A stretch of 64,000 bases of DNA from an uncultured Bacillaceae bacterium (GTDB lineage Bacteria; Bacillota; Bacilli; Bacillales; DSM-1321): NCBI GenBank assembly GCA_963751845.1, contig CAVVWH010000015.1:10578-74577 (forward strand), in the 5' to 3' direction. Below, piece by piece: positions 20,567 to 32,261 of the stretch. A program made the translations under genes and the position numbers. The notes under the pieces were generated by a model. That model did no database searches, was not told where the DNA came from, and saw nothing but the letters and a program-made list of their open reading frames with translations. Every line of letters starts with the position of its first letter. Position 1 is the stretch's first letter.

Positions 20567-21502
20567 TCAGTTATTGCTGTATTTATAGTAATGCATAGCT
20601 TTCTCTCTGCTTATCTTTTCGGCAAATCCATAGGTGAAGGTATCATCAATGGACTTAACCCTCTCGATTGTTTTTTGAATTGCTCTTATATAGGGAATGT
20701 AAACAGGGTTTATTATATTATTGTTCACCCTCCACCAGTTACATAAATCAAACTCGACCTCGTTTAGTATAAGAAAACCGGTAAAATGATAAACAACTAG
20801 TTTATGATTATTGATATATACTTCGTCGTTACTAACGTTAATATCGGAGGTGCTTTCTTTATATCCAACATTCCATGGTCCTACATTGATTCCTGAGTCG
20901 TTTGATACGATAACACCTTGAAACAACTCAGGCCATTTATCCAAATACTTTTGGTCTGTCCACTTATCCCCATCATGCCAATGAAAACACCATTCTAAAC
21001 ACTTCGTTCTCCACCATTCAAGGCATTGAAAAGCATTTGAATCTCTCTTAAAACCTATTAGCCCTGCCTGGTAAGTGCCTGTATTTATTTTCTTTTCAAA
21101 AAGCCGTTGTTCACAAATGTAAATGGACCCATCTCCCCACTGATTAAAAATAAATTTAGGATCCGAAAAGAAATATAAATCCCCGTCCATATATATTATG
21201 GAGTTAACAAAATCATAGTTCTTCAGGATATATAGTACAAGGGGGGCTTTTAAAGTCCAACTATACTCAGCTGTTGTTCGGGACTCTTTTACGGAAAGAA
21301 GCTCCTCATCTTCGATGCTCTCTAATGGAATAAGGGTTACATTCCTTAAATTGATTCTTTTGAGAAATTGTAGAGAAATATCATCTAAGCAGCATATCCA
21401 GAGGTGAAAATTCTTTGCGTGCTTTTCTAAGGAGTCGTAGAGCGCTAGACCCTTAAATATATACTCTTTTCCAAGAATTGTGCAAAAATGATAGCATTCC
21501 AT
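20567..21502 (-). CDS. YfnD-like putative glycosyltransferase, copy 2 (311 aa)
   Basis: Same motifs as copy 1 (YMDGD, WTDQKYLD, YHFTG). Confidence 0.82.
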   Translation of the reverse strand: MECYHFCTILGKEYIFKGLALYDSLEKHAKNFHLWICCLDDISLQFLKRINLRNVTLIPLESIEDEELLSVKESRTTAEYSWTLKAPLVLYILKNYDFVNSIIYMDGDLYFFSDPKFIFNQWGDGSIYICEQRLFEKKINTGTYQAGLIGFKRDSNAFQCLEWWRTKCLEWCFHWHDGDKWTDQKYLDKWPELFQGVIVSNDSGINVGPWNVGYKESTSDINVSNDEVYINNHKLVVYHFTGFLILNEVEFDLCNWWRVNNNIINPVYIPYIRAIQKTIERVKSIDDTFTYGFAEKISREKAMHYYKYSNN

Positions 21503-21532
21503 ACTGTAATACTGCCTCCTACGTATCTAAAT

Positions 21533-23041
21533 TTAATCATAACGCCCATTTATACATTTTTCCCTCCACATCCAAAGGGACTTGAATACGTTTTCCTTAC
21601 GTTTGAATCCGATTAAACTTGTCAAATTGATTCCATACTCTTGTTGGGTATCCTGATCAATTTCGTTCTTCCAAATGAAAACTGGATCTTTCTTCCACTT
21701 GTGAAATACATTTGTCACATTAGAAACAAAACGTGCGTCCGGATCAGCATATATCATATTTTGGATATAATAATTGTTCTTTAAAATGTAATTTATCAAT
21801 GGTGCTTTTAAAGTCCAACGGTATTCAGATGCATTGCGAGTCTTCTTTACATTTAAAAGTTCCTGATCCTCAATATTCTTAATATCTATTAGAATTACAT
21901 TTTCTAATTCCATATTAGCCAGTGTATGATAGGTGATATCATCCAAGCAGCATATCCAGAGACAAAATTTGTTTGCTTGCATTCTTAGAGAATTGTAAAA
22001 TTCCAAGCCTTCAGACAAATCATTCTCACTGATGATTGTACAGAAGTTATACTTGTCTCCGTATCCATTTATATTACTCGCCAGATTGAAGTAATTCATA
22101 ATGAATCTACCGTTTGGAGTCTGTTTATAATAAAAATCCTTATCAATATTAGAAATGATATCCATTATTTCATTACACGCTTGAATATAGGGAACATATA
22201 TCCATTCAATAATTGGATCAATGAGATCTGTAGAATACCCACATAAATCAAACTCGTTCCCATTAAAATACTTGAACCCGTAATAATGGAATAGTATTAA
22301 TTTTCTGTCATTTATATAGATATCATTATCCTTCCAGGTAACAGAGTAGCCTAATTCAACCCTTGGATACATAAGGATCCATGGTGTAACGTTTATTCCA
22401 ATGTTTTCTGCTACCCCTACATTATTAAATCTGGTTTGCCAGTCATTCACATATACTTGGTCACTCCACAATCCGTTTTCATGCTTGTCAAAACACCATT
22501 CAATCAACTTATTCCTAAACCAATTGAGACATTCAAGGCCATTTTCATCTCTTTTGAAGCCCATAAAACCTGTATTATAGAATCCATTCATCCTTCCAAG
22601 ATATTCATATTGTCCAAAAAATTTCTCTTCTGTGAGAAATACGGAATAATCATGCCATTCGTCAAATATTGGTTGAGGGTCTGAAAAAAACGCTGTATCA
22701 CCATCTAACCATACAATATGATCTATCTCAGGATAATTATTCAGTAAATATAAAAGGACTGACGCTTTCGATGACCAAATATATTCCTTATCGTTGCGTG
22801 TATTCTTTATATTTGCTAATTCCCGGTCTTGATTTTCTATATCTTCCATATTTATCAGCGTAACGTTATTTAGTTGCATTCTTTCCAATAAATTTCTCAC
22901 TTCATCATTAATGCATATAAAGAAGAGATGAAAATCCGGGTCATATTTTTTTAACGAATTATATAAAACCAATCCCTTGTAGATATAATCCTTACTAAAG
23001 ATTGAGCAATAGTTGTGCCGCACTTCCCCAACTCCTTCCAT
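21533..23041 (-). CDS. Long YfnD-like glycosyltransferase, copy b
   Basis: Full domain (WLDGD, WSDQ, FHYYG) plus a truncated second domain starting NFCTII. Confidence 0.82.
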   Translation of the reverse strand: MEGVGEVRHNYCSIFSKDYIYKGLVLYNSLKKYDPDFHLFFICINDEVRNLLERMQLNNVTLINMEDIENQDRELANIKNTRNDKEYIWSSKASVLLYLLNNYPEIDHIVWLDGDTAFFSDPQPIFDEWHDYSVFLTEEKFFGQYEYLGRMNGFYNTGFMGFKRDENGLECLNWFRNKLIEWCFDKHENGLWSDQVYVNDWQTRFNNVGVAENIGINVTPWILMYPRVELGYSVTWKDNDIYINDRKLILFHYYGFKYFNGNEFDLCGYSTDLIDPIIEWIYVPYIQACNEIMDIISNIDKDFYYKQTPNGRFIMNYFNLASNINGYGDKYNFCTIISENDLSEGLEFYNSLRMQANKFCLWICCLDDITYHTLANMELENVILIDIKNIEDQELLNVKKTRNASEYRWTLKAPLINYILKNNYYIQNMIYADPDARFVSNVTNVFHKWKKDPVFIWKNEIDQDTQQEYGINLTSLIGFKRKENVFKSLWMWREKCINGRYD

Positions 23042-23181
23042 AGAATGGCGTACTTTACACTTAAGATGTAAAATTACCTTCTATTAGGAAAATAGTTAAA
23101 TAGTTAAATATTCTAAGAACCACTAAAATGGTATGCAATGTGTTCATATGTGCAAAAATGATAACCTTCTATTGTACCTAT

Positions 23182-24660
23182 CTAAACTTCATCATAATAC
23201 CCTTTAATACATTTATCCTTCCAATGCCAAAGGGACTTAAATGCCTTTTTATTACGTTTGAATCCGATTAAGCTTGTCATATTGATTCCATACTCCTGTA
23301 GGGAATTCTGATCAATTTCGTTCTTCCAAATGAAAACTGGATTTTCCTTCCACTTACTGAATGCATTTGTCACATTAGAATTAAAACGTGCGTCCGGATC
23401 AGCATATATCATATTTTGGATATAATAATTGTTCTTTAAAATGTAAAGTATCAATGGTGCTTTTAAAGTCCAACGGTATTCAGTTGCATTGCGAGTCTTC
23501 TTTACATTTAAAAGTTCCTGATCCTCAATATTCTTAATATCTATTAGATTAACATTTTCTAATTCCATATTAGCCAGTGTATGATAGGTGATATCATCCA
23601 AGCAGCATATCCAGAGACAAAATTCGTTTGCATGCATTCTTAGAGAATTGTAAAATTCCAAGCCTTCAGACAAATCATTCTCACTGATGATTGTACAGAA
23701 GTTATACTTGTCCCCGTATCCATTTATATTACTCGCTAGATTGAAGTAATTCATAATGAATCTACCGTTTGGAGTCTGTTTATAATAAAAATCCTTATCA
23801 ATATTAGAAATGATATCCATTACCTCATTACATGCTTGGATATAAGGAACAAATATCCATTGTATAATCCCATCCGTGGGGGAATTGCCATGCGCACATA
23901 AATCAAACTCATTTTCATTAAAATATTTGAATCCATAGTAATGGAATAATATCAGTCTATCTCCATTGATATATAGATGATCATCTTCTTTGGTAACCGT
24001 ATTTTGAGATGAAATAAACAGGTTGGCGTTAATTCCAAGGTTCCCTGCAACACCAACATTATCAAACCTGGTTTTCCAATCAATTACGTACATTTGGTCG
24101 CTCCATCTGCCTTTTTCCGGTTTATCAAAGCACCATTCAATCAATTTTTCTCTAAACCATTGAAGGCATCGAAGCGCATTTTGGTCTCTTTTGAATCCCA
24201 TAAAACCAGTATTGTAAACTCCATATATCTTACTTAACCATTCATATTTTCCTTTATATTGCTCCTCTGTTAGAAATACGGAAAAATTGTCCCACTCATC
24301 AAATATGGGTTGGGGATCTGAAAGAAAGGCTGTATCGCCGTCCAACCATATAATATGGTCCAGCTCAGAAAAGTGATTTAATAGGTATAACAAAATCGAT
24401 GCCTTACTCGTCCAAATATATTCTTTATCATTGCGTGTGCTTTTAATATTTGCTAATTCCCAATCATCATTTTCTACATCTTTCATACTTATCAGTGTTG
24501 CGTTACTCAGTTCCATTTTTTCCAATAAGTATTTCACTTCATCCTGTACACATATAATGAAGAAATGAAAATCCTGATCATATTTTTGTAATGAATTATA
24601 TAAGACCAGTCCCTTATAAATATAATCCTTGCTATAGGTTGAACAATAATAGTGTGTCAA
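23182..24660 (-). CDS. Long YfnD-like glycosyltransferase, copy c
   Basis: Same architecture as copy b; TTG start after AAGGGG. Confidence 0.82.
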   Translation of the reverse strand: MTHYYCSTYSKDYIYKGLVLYNSLQKYDQDFHFFIICVQDEVKYLLEKMELSNATLISMKDVENDDWELANIKSTRNDKEYIWTSKASILLYLLNHFSELDHIIWLDGDTAFLSDPQPIFDEWDNFSVFLTEEQYKGKYEWLSKIYGVYNTGFMGFKRDQNALRCLQWFREKLIEWCFDKPEKGRWSDQMYVIDWKTRFDNVGVAGNLGINANLFISSQNTVTKEDDHLYINGDRLILFHYYGFKYFNENEFDLCAHGNSPTDGIIQWIFVPYIQACNEVMDIISNIDKDFYYKQTPNGRFIMNYFNLASNINGYGDKYNFCTIISENDLSEGLEFYNSLRMHANEFCLWICCLDDITYHTLANMELENVNLIDIKNIEDQELLNVKKTRNATEYRWTLKAPLILYILKNNYYIQNMIYADPDARFNSNVTNAFSKWKENPVFIWKNEIDQNSLQEYGINMTSLIGFKRNKKAFKSLWHWKDKCIKGYYDEV

Positions 24661-25031
24661 AACTTTAACACCCCTTAATAGCGCAAGTATAGGACTTATT
24701 TAACATAAGTACTATTTCTTCCTAAATGTTGCTCCTGGTTATTAATGCATCAAGGAGTTAACAATTGCTTCTTAAAACACTCTAGTTTTTAACTAAACCT
24801 TTATCTTTGTATCAGCTAACTAATTTAGAATATGTTGCTAGAGAAAAAATGTTACGACAAAACACGTGTACAATAGCAAGTTTTAATGGGGGCCCGTTTT
24901 TGAAAATTTCATTAGCAAATAGTTTTTATACACATAGTATTAATTGACAATATTAAAACACATCGATAATGATCAACCAATCTTAGAAAGTAAACCATTA
25001 AGATACCTAGAATGGGATAATCAATTGGCAG

Positions 25032-25253
25032 TTTATCCCGCCTTAACGGGCAGTAGGACCCTCACCTCAATATTCTGAGTATCCAAAGAAGATAGGTGAG
25101 GGATCAATAGCACGTATTGTGTCCGAATTAATGATCACAGACTAAGAACGCAACATCCTTATTTCTTCGGTCTGTGTGACCCACATCGTGTGGGCCTCAA
25201 CTAACCATCAGTGGGGGATGAAGAAAACCCCACTGATGGAAGTTTCACTTTAT
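25032..25253 (+). repeat. bcr1-like mini-repeat (long variant) with TTTAT direct repeats
   Basis: TTTATCCCGCCTTAACGGGCAGTA...GGAAGTTTCACTTTAT; reverse complement of 59815-59971 with an internal insert. Confidence 0.85.
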
Positions 25254-25367
25254 CAACATGAGGGATTTTGGCAATGTATTGAAACAATGACAGATTTACA
25301 AATAATCAATGAAGAATGGGCTAATATAGGCCATGGGTTAAATTGTAAAGAAGTGGAGATGTGTACT

Positions 25368-26321
25368 GTGACAAGTGCTTTTACCAATAAAAGAGTGTTA
25401 ATTACCGGAGCTAGCGGATTTATAGGGTCCCACCTTGTTAGAAGGATGGTTGAGGAAAATGCTGAAGTAAATATTATAGTAAGAGAAGGATCTGATTTAT
25501 GGCGGATTCAGAGCCTTTTAAAAGACATTAAAATCCATCGGGCTGATTTAAGGGACTCTGAAAAAATAGATGTCTATATCAGAAAAATAAAGCCTGATTA
25601 TGTTTTTAATATGGCGGCTTACGGTGTTGATTCAAGACAAAAAGATTATATTATTGCTGCTAATACCAATATCATAGGCACAATGAATATGCTAAATCCT
25701 TTGATTTCTGTAGGATGTAAAAAGTTCTTAAATATCGGTACGTGTATGGAGTATGGAGATAAAAAAGAAATAATTAAAGAAAATACTCACTTAGAACCAT
25801 TCAATATTTATGGAAGCACTAAAGCTGCTAGTACAATTTTGGCACACCAAATTGCTGGAGAAAACAATATTGATATTGTTACTTTGAGGGCTTATGGGGT
25901 TTTTGGAGAAAATGAAGGAAATCATAAGTTTTTCCCCCATATTATCTTATCAATTCTAAATAATACAGATGTTAATTTAACAGGTTGCGAGCAATACAGA
26001 GATTATAGTTATATAGAGAATCTCATCGATGGTTTTATTTTGGCTGCTCAAAATGATGCAGTAAAAAACGAGATATTTAATATAGGTACTGGAATAATTC
26101 ATCCTTTAAAATACTATGTTGACAAAGTTTTTGAAAAAATGGAAACTGTTAAGAAGCCTAATTATGGAGCTGTACCCTACAGGTCAGGAGAAGTCTGGAA
26201 ACCCCACCCTGATATAAGTAAAATACAAAAAATATTAGGATGGGCGCCGAAAATAGATTTTGATGAAGGCTTGGATAGAACAATAAAGTGGTATGAAAGA
26301 AACAAAGAAAAATATATGTAA
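25368..26321 (+). CDS. NAD-dependent NDP-sugar epimerase/reductase (extended SDR)
   Basis: ITGASGFIG, YGSTK, YGVFG, QYRDY; GTG start after GGAG. Confidence 0.88.
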   Translation: MTSAFTNKRVLITGASGFIGSHLVRRMVEENAEVNIIVREGSDLWRIQSLLKDIKIHRADLRDSEKIDVYIRKIKPDYVFNMAAYGVDSRQKDYIIAANTNIIGTMNMLNPLISVGCKKFLNIGTCMEYGDKKEIIKENTHLEPFNIYGSTKAASTILAHQIAGENNIDIVTLRAYGVFGENEGNHKFFPHIILSILNNTDVNLTGCEQYRDYSYIENLIDGFILAAQNDAVKNEIFNIGTGIIHPLKYYVDKVFEKMETVKKPNYGAVPYRSGEVWKPHPDISKIQKILGWAPKIDFDEGLDRTIKWYERNKEKYM

Positions 26322-26364
26322 AATGGACCTCGGAAGAAATAAAAATACTAAAAGCTTTTTATCC

Positions 26365-26448
26365 ATTGTACTTGATGGTCGCAGAGTGCTGAATAAAATG
26401 GCACTAGATGAAGCTTGCGTGAGATATATTGGTGTAGGGTTAGCTTAG
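26365..26448 (+). pseudogene. C-terminal stub of a nucleotide-sugar dehydrogenase
   Basis: IVLDGRRVLNKMALDEACVRYIGVGLA* matches the DGR...YxGxG end of the Ugd family. Confidence 0.65.
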
Positions 26449-26481
26449 CTCCTACAAATTTTTTCGGAAAGAAGTGATTTT

Positions 26482-26886
26482 ATGGGGAGATTAGGGGAAT
26501 TTATCAACATTGATCCGTATCAAGATAAAAGAGGTATGCTAAAAAAAGTAATCAAGAAAAGTCAGCTGCCGGATAGTAGTGAAGTTGGGGAAGTATATTT
26601 GCTTTACTCAAACCAAAATAGTGTTAGAGGAAATCATTATCACAAAAATACCTTTGAGTATTTCACGATTATCAGTGGTAAAGCAAAGGTGGCTTTGAAG
26701 GATTTGTCTCAAGGGGTACGTGAGGAGTTTTATATGTCTGCCGATGACAACGTTGTACTAAAGATACCTCCCTATATAGTACACGCTTTTAACAACGAAG
26801 ACATTGATCCGTTGATTATTCTTGCTGTGTCATCAAAAGAGTATAGTGAAACTGATACTGACACATATATTGAGGAAATTCTTTAA
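26482..26886 (+). CDS. Cupin (WxcM/RmlC-like) sugar epimerase/isomerase
   Basis: DKRG, RGNHYH..xFE and HAF cupin motifs. Confidence 0.85.
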   Translation: MGRLGEFINIDPYQDKRGMLKKVIKKSQLPDSSEVGEVYLLYSNQNSVRGNHYHKNTFEYFTIISGKAKVALKDLSQGVREEFYMSADDNVVLKIPPYIVHAFNNEDIDPLIILAVSSKEYSETDTDTYIEEIL

Positions 26887-27023
26887 CTATATGTAAATAA
26901 ATTAGTGAGTAAGAGCCATTTCATTTTTGAAAGGCTCTTTTATCATGAAATGGCGCCTGTCCAGTGCAACCCCAAACCGTAAGCATAACATATATAAAGT
27001 AGCAATAAGGAGTTGATGAATTA

Positions 27024-27593
27024 GTGCAGGATTTTAAATCTATTTATGTAGTTCAAGGGATATATGAAGTAGAAGTAATAAATAATCCAACGTCGTATCC
27101 GCTAATCGGCAAGGGGGCACAGGGAGCCGTATTTAGAATTTCTTCAGATAAGTGTGTTAAAATTTATGGACAACCAGAAAGAGCTAGTATAGAGGGGGAA
27201 GTATTAAAAGTCGCACAGAATTCTTCCATTATCCCGAGACTTTATGAAGTAGGGACAAACTATATTATTATGGAATATATTGAAGGTCCCACTTTATTCC
27301 AGTATTTACAGTCTGGAGGTGTCCTATCTGAAAATATTATAAAGGAAATTCTATTCGTGCTAAATGAAATGAAGCGTGTAAAATTTACTAGATTGGATGC
27401 GGATATGCGTCACATTATCGTAACTAAGCAAGGACAATTAAAAGTAATAGACCATTACAACTCATATAGAACGATTCAACCTAGACCTAAGCTATTGTTT
27501 AATGGTTTTAAAATTTTGGGTATTTTGCCATTGTTTTTGGAAAAGTTAAAAAAAATGGATCCGGAATCTTTTATGGATTGGAAAGATTTATAG
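27024..27593 (+). CDS. Small Ser/Thr-kinase-like protein
   Basis: IGKGAQGAVF Gly loop, CVK, IMEYIEG, RLD, KVID motifs. Confidence 0.8.
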   Translation: MQDFKSIYVVQGIYEVEVINNPTSYPLIGKGAQGAVFRISSDKCVKIYGQPERASIEGEVLKVAQNSSIIPRLYEVGTNYIIMEYIEGPTLFQYLQSGGVLSENIIKEILFVLNEMKRVKFTRLDADMRHIIVTKQGQLKVIDHYNSYRTIQPRPKLLFNGFKILGILPLFLEKLKKMDPESFMDWKDL

Positions 27594-27726
27594 ACAAAAA
27601 AGTAACTCCCATTAATGATATAAGGCGGTAGCAGAGGTCGTACATTGACTAAGCTTTTTGGCTGTGTTAATCAACAGAGTTATATAACGCAGCCTTCTTT
27701 TTAGATATTGAAAAAATGAGTCAATC

Positions 27727-28386
27727 TTAATAAGATTCACTTGCTGCTTCATCGGCAATTGTTGTTGGAATGGTGCTATCGGTAATCATTTCCATGTTTT
27801 TGGCAACCTTTGTACTATAGGTAAAGTCTCCGTAGCAGTACGGATAGCGAAAGTTATTTTTATCTCCGCCACAATTATAGATTTTAGGATTTTTGTTTAC
27901 TTGAGTCATCGAGAATTGTTTTGCTAATTGTTCAGAATGTTTTCTGCCATGTTCTGAAATAAAGGTGATATATCCCATTCCCATATTATAAGATTGAACG
28001 ATCGTTGGAAAATCGACCTTTTTTTTATTACCATATGTAAAAACTTGATTAAAATGCTTGACACCCTGTTTAATACTTTCATTGGGATCTTCAATTTCAT
28101 TAGGAGACAAACCCGCAGCCTCTGAGGATTGCATAGGATCTCCACCTTTTCCTCTACTTTCTTGTTGCATTAATGCAAGTAGGACATCCGTGTACTGTTC
28201 AAGCTTGTATTTTTCCAATTCAGCTTCAAGAACTGGACTATACTTTTTAACGTTGGTAAAGGGATCCTCAGCGATTAAGGTATGATCATGATCTATTTTC
28301 GAAGTTTCTGTATATTGTTTAATTAGTATGATGATAAGACACAAGGCTAATATACCTAAGAATGTTTTTAGTTTATTTTGATTCAT
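27727..28386 (-). CDS. Lysozyme-like family protein (YocA/CwlT-type)
   Basis: QESRG, DPMQSSE, QSYNMG, YGDFTY motifs; N-terminal anchor. Confidence 0.88.
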   Translation of the reverse strand: MNQNKLKTFLGILALCLIIILIKQYTETSKIDHDHTLIAEDPFTNVKKYSPVLEAELEKYKLEQYTDVLLALMQQESRGKGGDPMQSSEAAGLSPNEIEDPNESIKQGVKHFNQVFTYGNKKKVDFPTIVQSYNMGMGYITFISEHGRKHSEQLAKQFSMTQVNKNPKIYNCGGDKNNFRYPYCYGDFTYSTKVAKNMEMITDSTIPTTIADEAASESY

Positions 28387-28610
28387 TGGTCTCTCCTATA
28401 AATATTATCTATTTATTATTTTACCAGTATTAATTCTATAGATTGTAAATATTTTATGGAGATTTGTAGTATAATAATCGCTTAAAATACAATATTTTTT
28501 AAAAAATACAGAAACTAGGATGATATAATCGTTAAAATAAATACAGATTACTATTTACTTTGGAAAAAATTTGTTTTATAGTGAATTGGAAAAGTTCATA
28601 ATTTATGAAA

Positions 28611-28705
28611 ACTAGGGGTGTCCAATTAGTTGGGCTGAGAGAGAAACGCGTGTAGGTTTCTTAACCCTCAGGACCTGATCTGGTTCATACCAGCGTGGGG
28701 AAGTA
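28611..28705 (+). ncRNA. TPP riboswitch
   Basis: GGGGTG...CTGAGA...ACCTGATCTGG..ATACCAGCGTGGGGAAG upstream of thiC. Confidence 0.95.
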
Positions 28706-28755
28706 TAATCTGCTTTTTATTATAGCGTAATGCTTTATAAAAAACTGACTACAAC

Positions 28756-28788
28756 CGGGTTCTGTTTTAAACAGAACCCGTTTTTTTT
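28756..28788 (+). terminator. Riboswitch-controlled terminator
   Basis: cgggttctgtt...aacagaacccg plus T8. Confidence 0.9.
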
Positions 28789-28890
28789 CACCAATATTTA
28801 TATATTATTGGTGTCTTCCTCCGGTATGTAGGCTTATCCATTGCTGATATGTGACCTGATTGCGTCCTACAAAATACAAGGAGGTAATAA

Positions 28891-30618
<1,728 letters not shown>

Positions 30619-30748
30619 GGAAAAAGATAATAGAATAATAAGTTTAATTGTCAAATTGCATCAGATAAGAATAGAAATGAGCAAAGTTGATATATTTGAA
30701 AAATTTCTGTCATTTGTTATAATAATATAGAAAATTTCATAGTGAAAA

Positions 30749-30839
30749 ATGTAGGGGAGCTGGTGTTGCCAGCTGAGAATGTATCCGTAAGGTACTGACT
30801 CTTTGAACCTGATCTGGTTGAAAACAGCGGAGGGAACAT
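30749..30839 (+). ncRNA. TPP riboswitch
   Basis: GGGGAGC...GCTGAGA...GAACCTGATCTG...CAGCGGAGGGAA; terminator at about 30880-30915. Confidence 0.92.
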
Positions 30840-30962
30840 AAACTAAAAACAGGTAGATTTTTTGTTTGGAATGTATGTTAGCGTCCGGAATGGTTATAGT
30901 TCCGGGCGCTTTTCTTATTTTTTGCTATGAACTTATAAAACATTTTGATGGGGGCACAGGAT

Positions 30963-31961
30963 ATGAAAAAACTTGGTTTTATTCTTATGATTGCCTTACT
31001 GGTTTTAGCTGGCTGTCAGTCTAATGAACCAAAAGAAGAGGCTACTCAAAAGACACAAGAATTGAAAAAAGTAACGGTAGTGTTGGACTGGACTCCTAAT
31101 ACGAACCATACGGGTCTTTATGTAGCTAAAGAAAATGGTTATTTTAAAGAGCAAGGTTTAGATGTAGAAATTATTCAACCAGGAGAAACAGGCGCAGATC
31201 AATTAATTGCTTCCGGAAAAGCAGATTTTGGTGTTAGCTATCAAGAGGGGATTACCCAAGCTCGCGTTCAAGGAGTGCCTCTTGTTTCAATTGCAGCGGT
31301 TATTCAACATAATACATCTGGATTTGCTTCACCAGTTAATAAAAATATTACATCACCAAAGGATTTTGAAGGTAAAACATATGGTGGCTGGGGTTCACCA
31401 ATTGAGAAAGCAGTTTTAGATTCATTGATGAAAACTGAAAATGCCGATATTAACAAGCTTGATATTATCAATGCCGGAGATGCAGACTTTTTTACAATGG
31501 TTAAAAAGGATGTTGATTTTGCTTGGATTTATTATGCTTGGACAGGTATTGAAGCAGAGCTTCGTGGCGAAAAATTAAATATGGTGTATTTAACAGATTA
31601 TAGTGACAAACTAGATTACTATACACCAGTATTGGCAACAAATGAGAATATGATTCGTAAAGATCCTGACACGGTTAAAGCATTTGTAGCTGCAGCAGCA
31701 AAAGGATATGAATACGCGATTAATGAACCAGACAAAGCAGCAGATATCTTAATTAAAGCAGAGCCTGATTTAAATCCAAAATTAGTAAAGAAAAGTCAAG
31801 AGTGGCTTGCAGATAAATATCAAGATGACGCGAAACAATGGGGCATTCAAAAACTTGAGGTTTGGAAAAACTATGCGGACTGGATGAGTGAGCATGGTGT
31901 ATTAGAAGGAAAATTTGAAGCGGAAAAAGCATTCACAAATGACTTTTTACCTCAAAAATAA
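30963..31961 (+). CDS. thiY: ThiY/NMT1-like ABC substrate-binding lipoprotein
   Basis: LAGC lipobox, LDWTPNTNHTG motif; TPP riboswitch upstream. Confidence 0.88.
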   Translation: MKKLGFILMIALLVLAGCQSNEPKEEATQKTQELKKVTVVLDWTPNTNHTGLYVAKENGYFKEQGLDVEIIQPGETGADQLIASGKADFGVSYQEGITQARVQGVPLVSIAAVIQHNTSGFASPVNKNITSPKDFEGKTYGGWGSPIEKAVLDSLMKTENADINKLDIINAGDADFFTMVKKDVDFAWIYYAWTGIEAELRGEKLNMVYLTDYSDKLDYYTPVLATNENMIRKDPDTVKAFVAAAAKGYEYAINEPDKAADILIKAEPDLNPKLVKKSQEWLADKYQDDAKQWGIQKLEVWKNYADWMSEHGVLEGKFEAEKAFTNDFLPQK

Positions 31962-31973
31962 GGAGAGAATAAC

Positions 31974-32261
31974 ATGGCAAATTCTTTAGTCAGTGCTCAA
32001 ATTATTCCGAAAACAAAAGGGGAAGATATTATCCCCTTTGTAGATGCAGCGATTGCAATTATTGCTGAATCTGGCGTGAAATATGAGGTTCATCCGCTTG
32101 AAACAACGATGGAAGGTGAACTTTCTGTATTGCTTGAAATCATTCAAAAAATGAATGAAAAAATGATGGAACTAGGTTGTGTGAATGTCATTACTCAAGT
32201 GAAAATTCTTTATCAGCCACAAGGGATTACGATGGATACATTAACGGAGAAATATAGATGA
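31974..32261 (+). CDS. Thiamine-binding protein (YkoF/DUF77 family)
   Basis: SGVKYEVHPLETTMEG motif. Confidence 0.88.
   Translation: MANSLVSAQIIPKTKGEDIIPFVDAAIAIIAESGVKYEVHPLETTMEGELSVLLEIIQKMNEKMMELGCVNVITQVKILYQPQGITMDTLTEKYR

Noticed and set aside
17625-20746. Duplicated plus-strand ORFs (17625-17816, 20495-20746) as real genes
   Set aside because: Antisense shadows of the duplicated glycosyltransferase 3' ends, without RBS.
25176-25367. 64-aa N-terminal extension on the epimerase
   Set aside because: The upstream in-frame start lies within the mini-repeat; the RBS and Rossmann motif support a start at about 25368.
12528-26448. N- and C-terminal dehydrogenase stubs as one gene split by an excisable, skin-like element
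   Set aside because: Together they cover only about 60 codons, appear to be from different subfamilies, share no junction repeat, and no recombinase gene is present.
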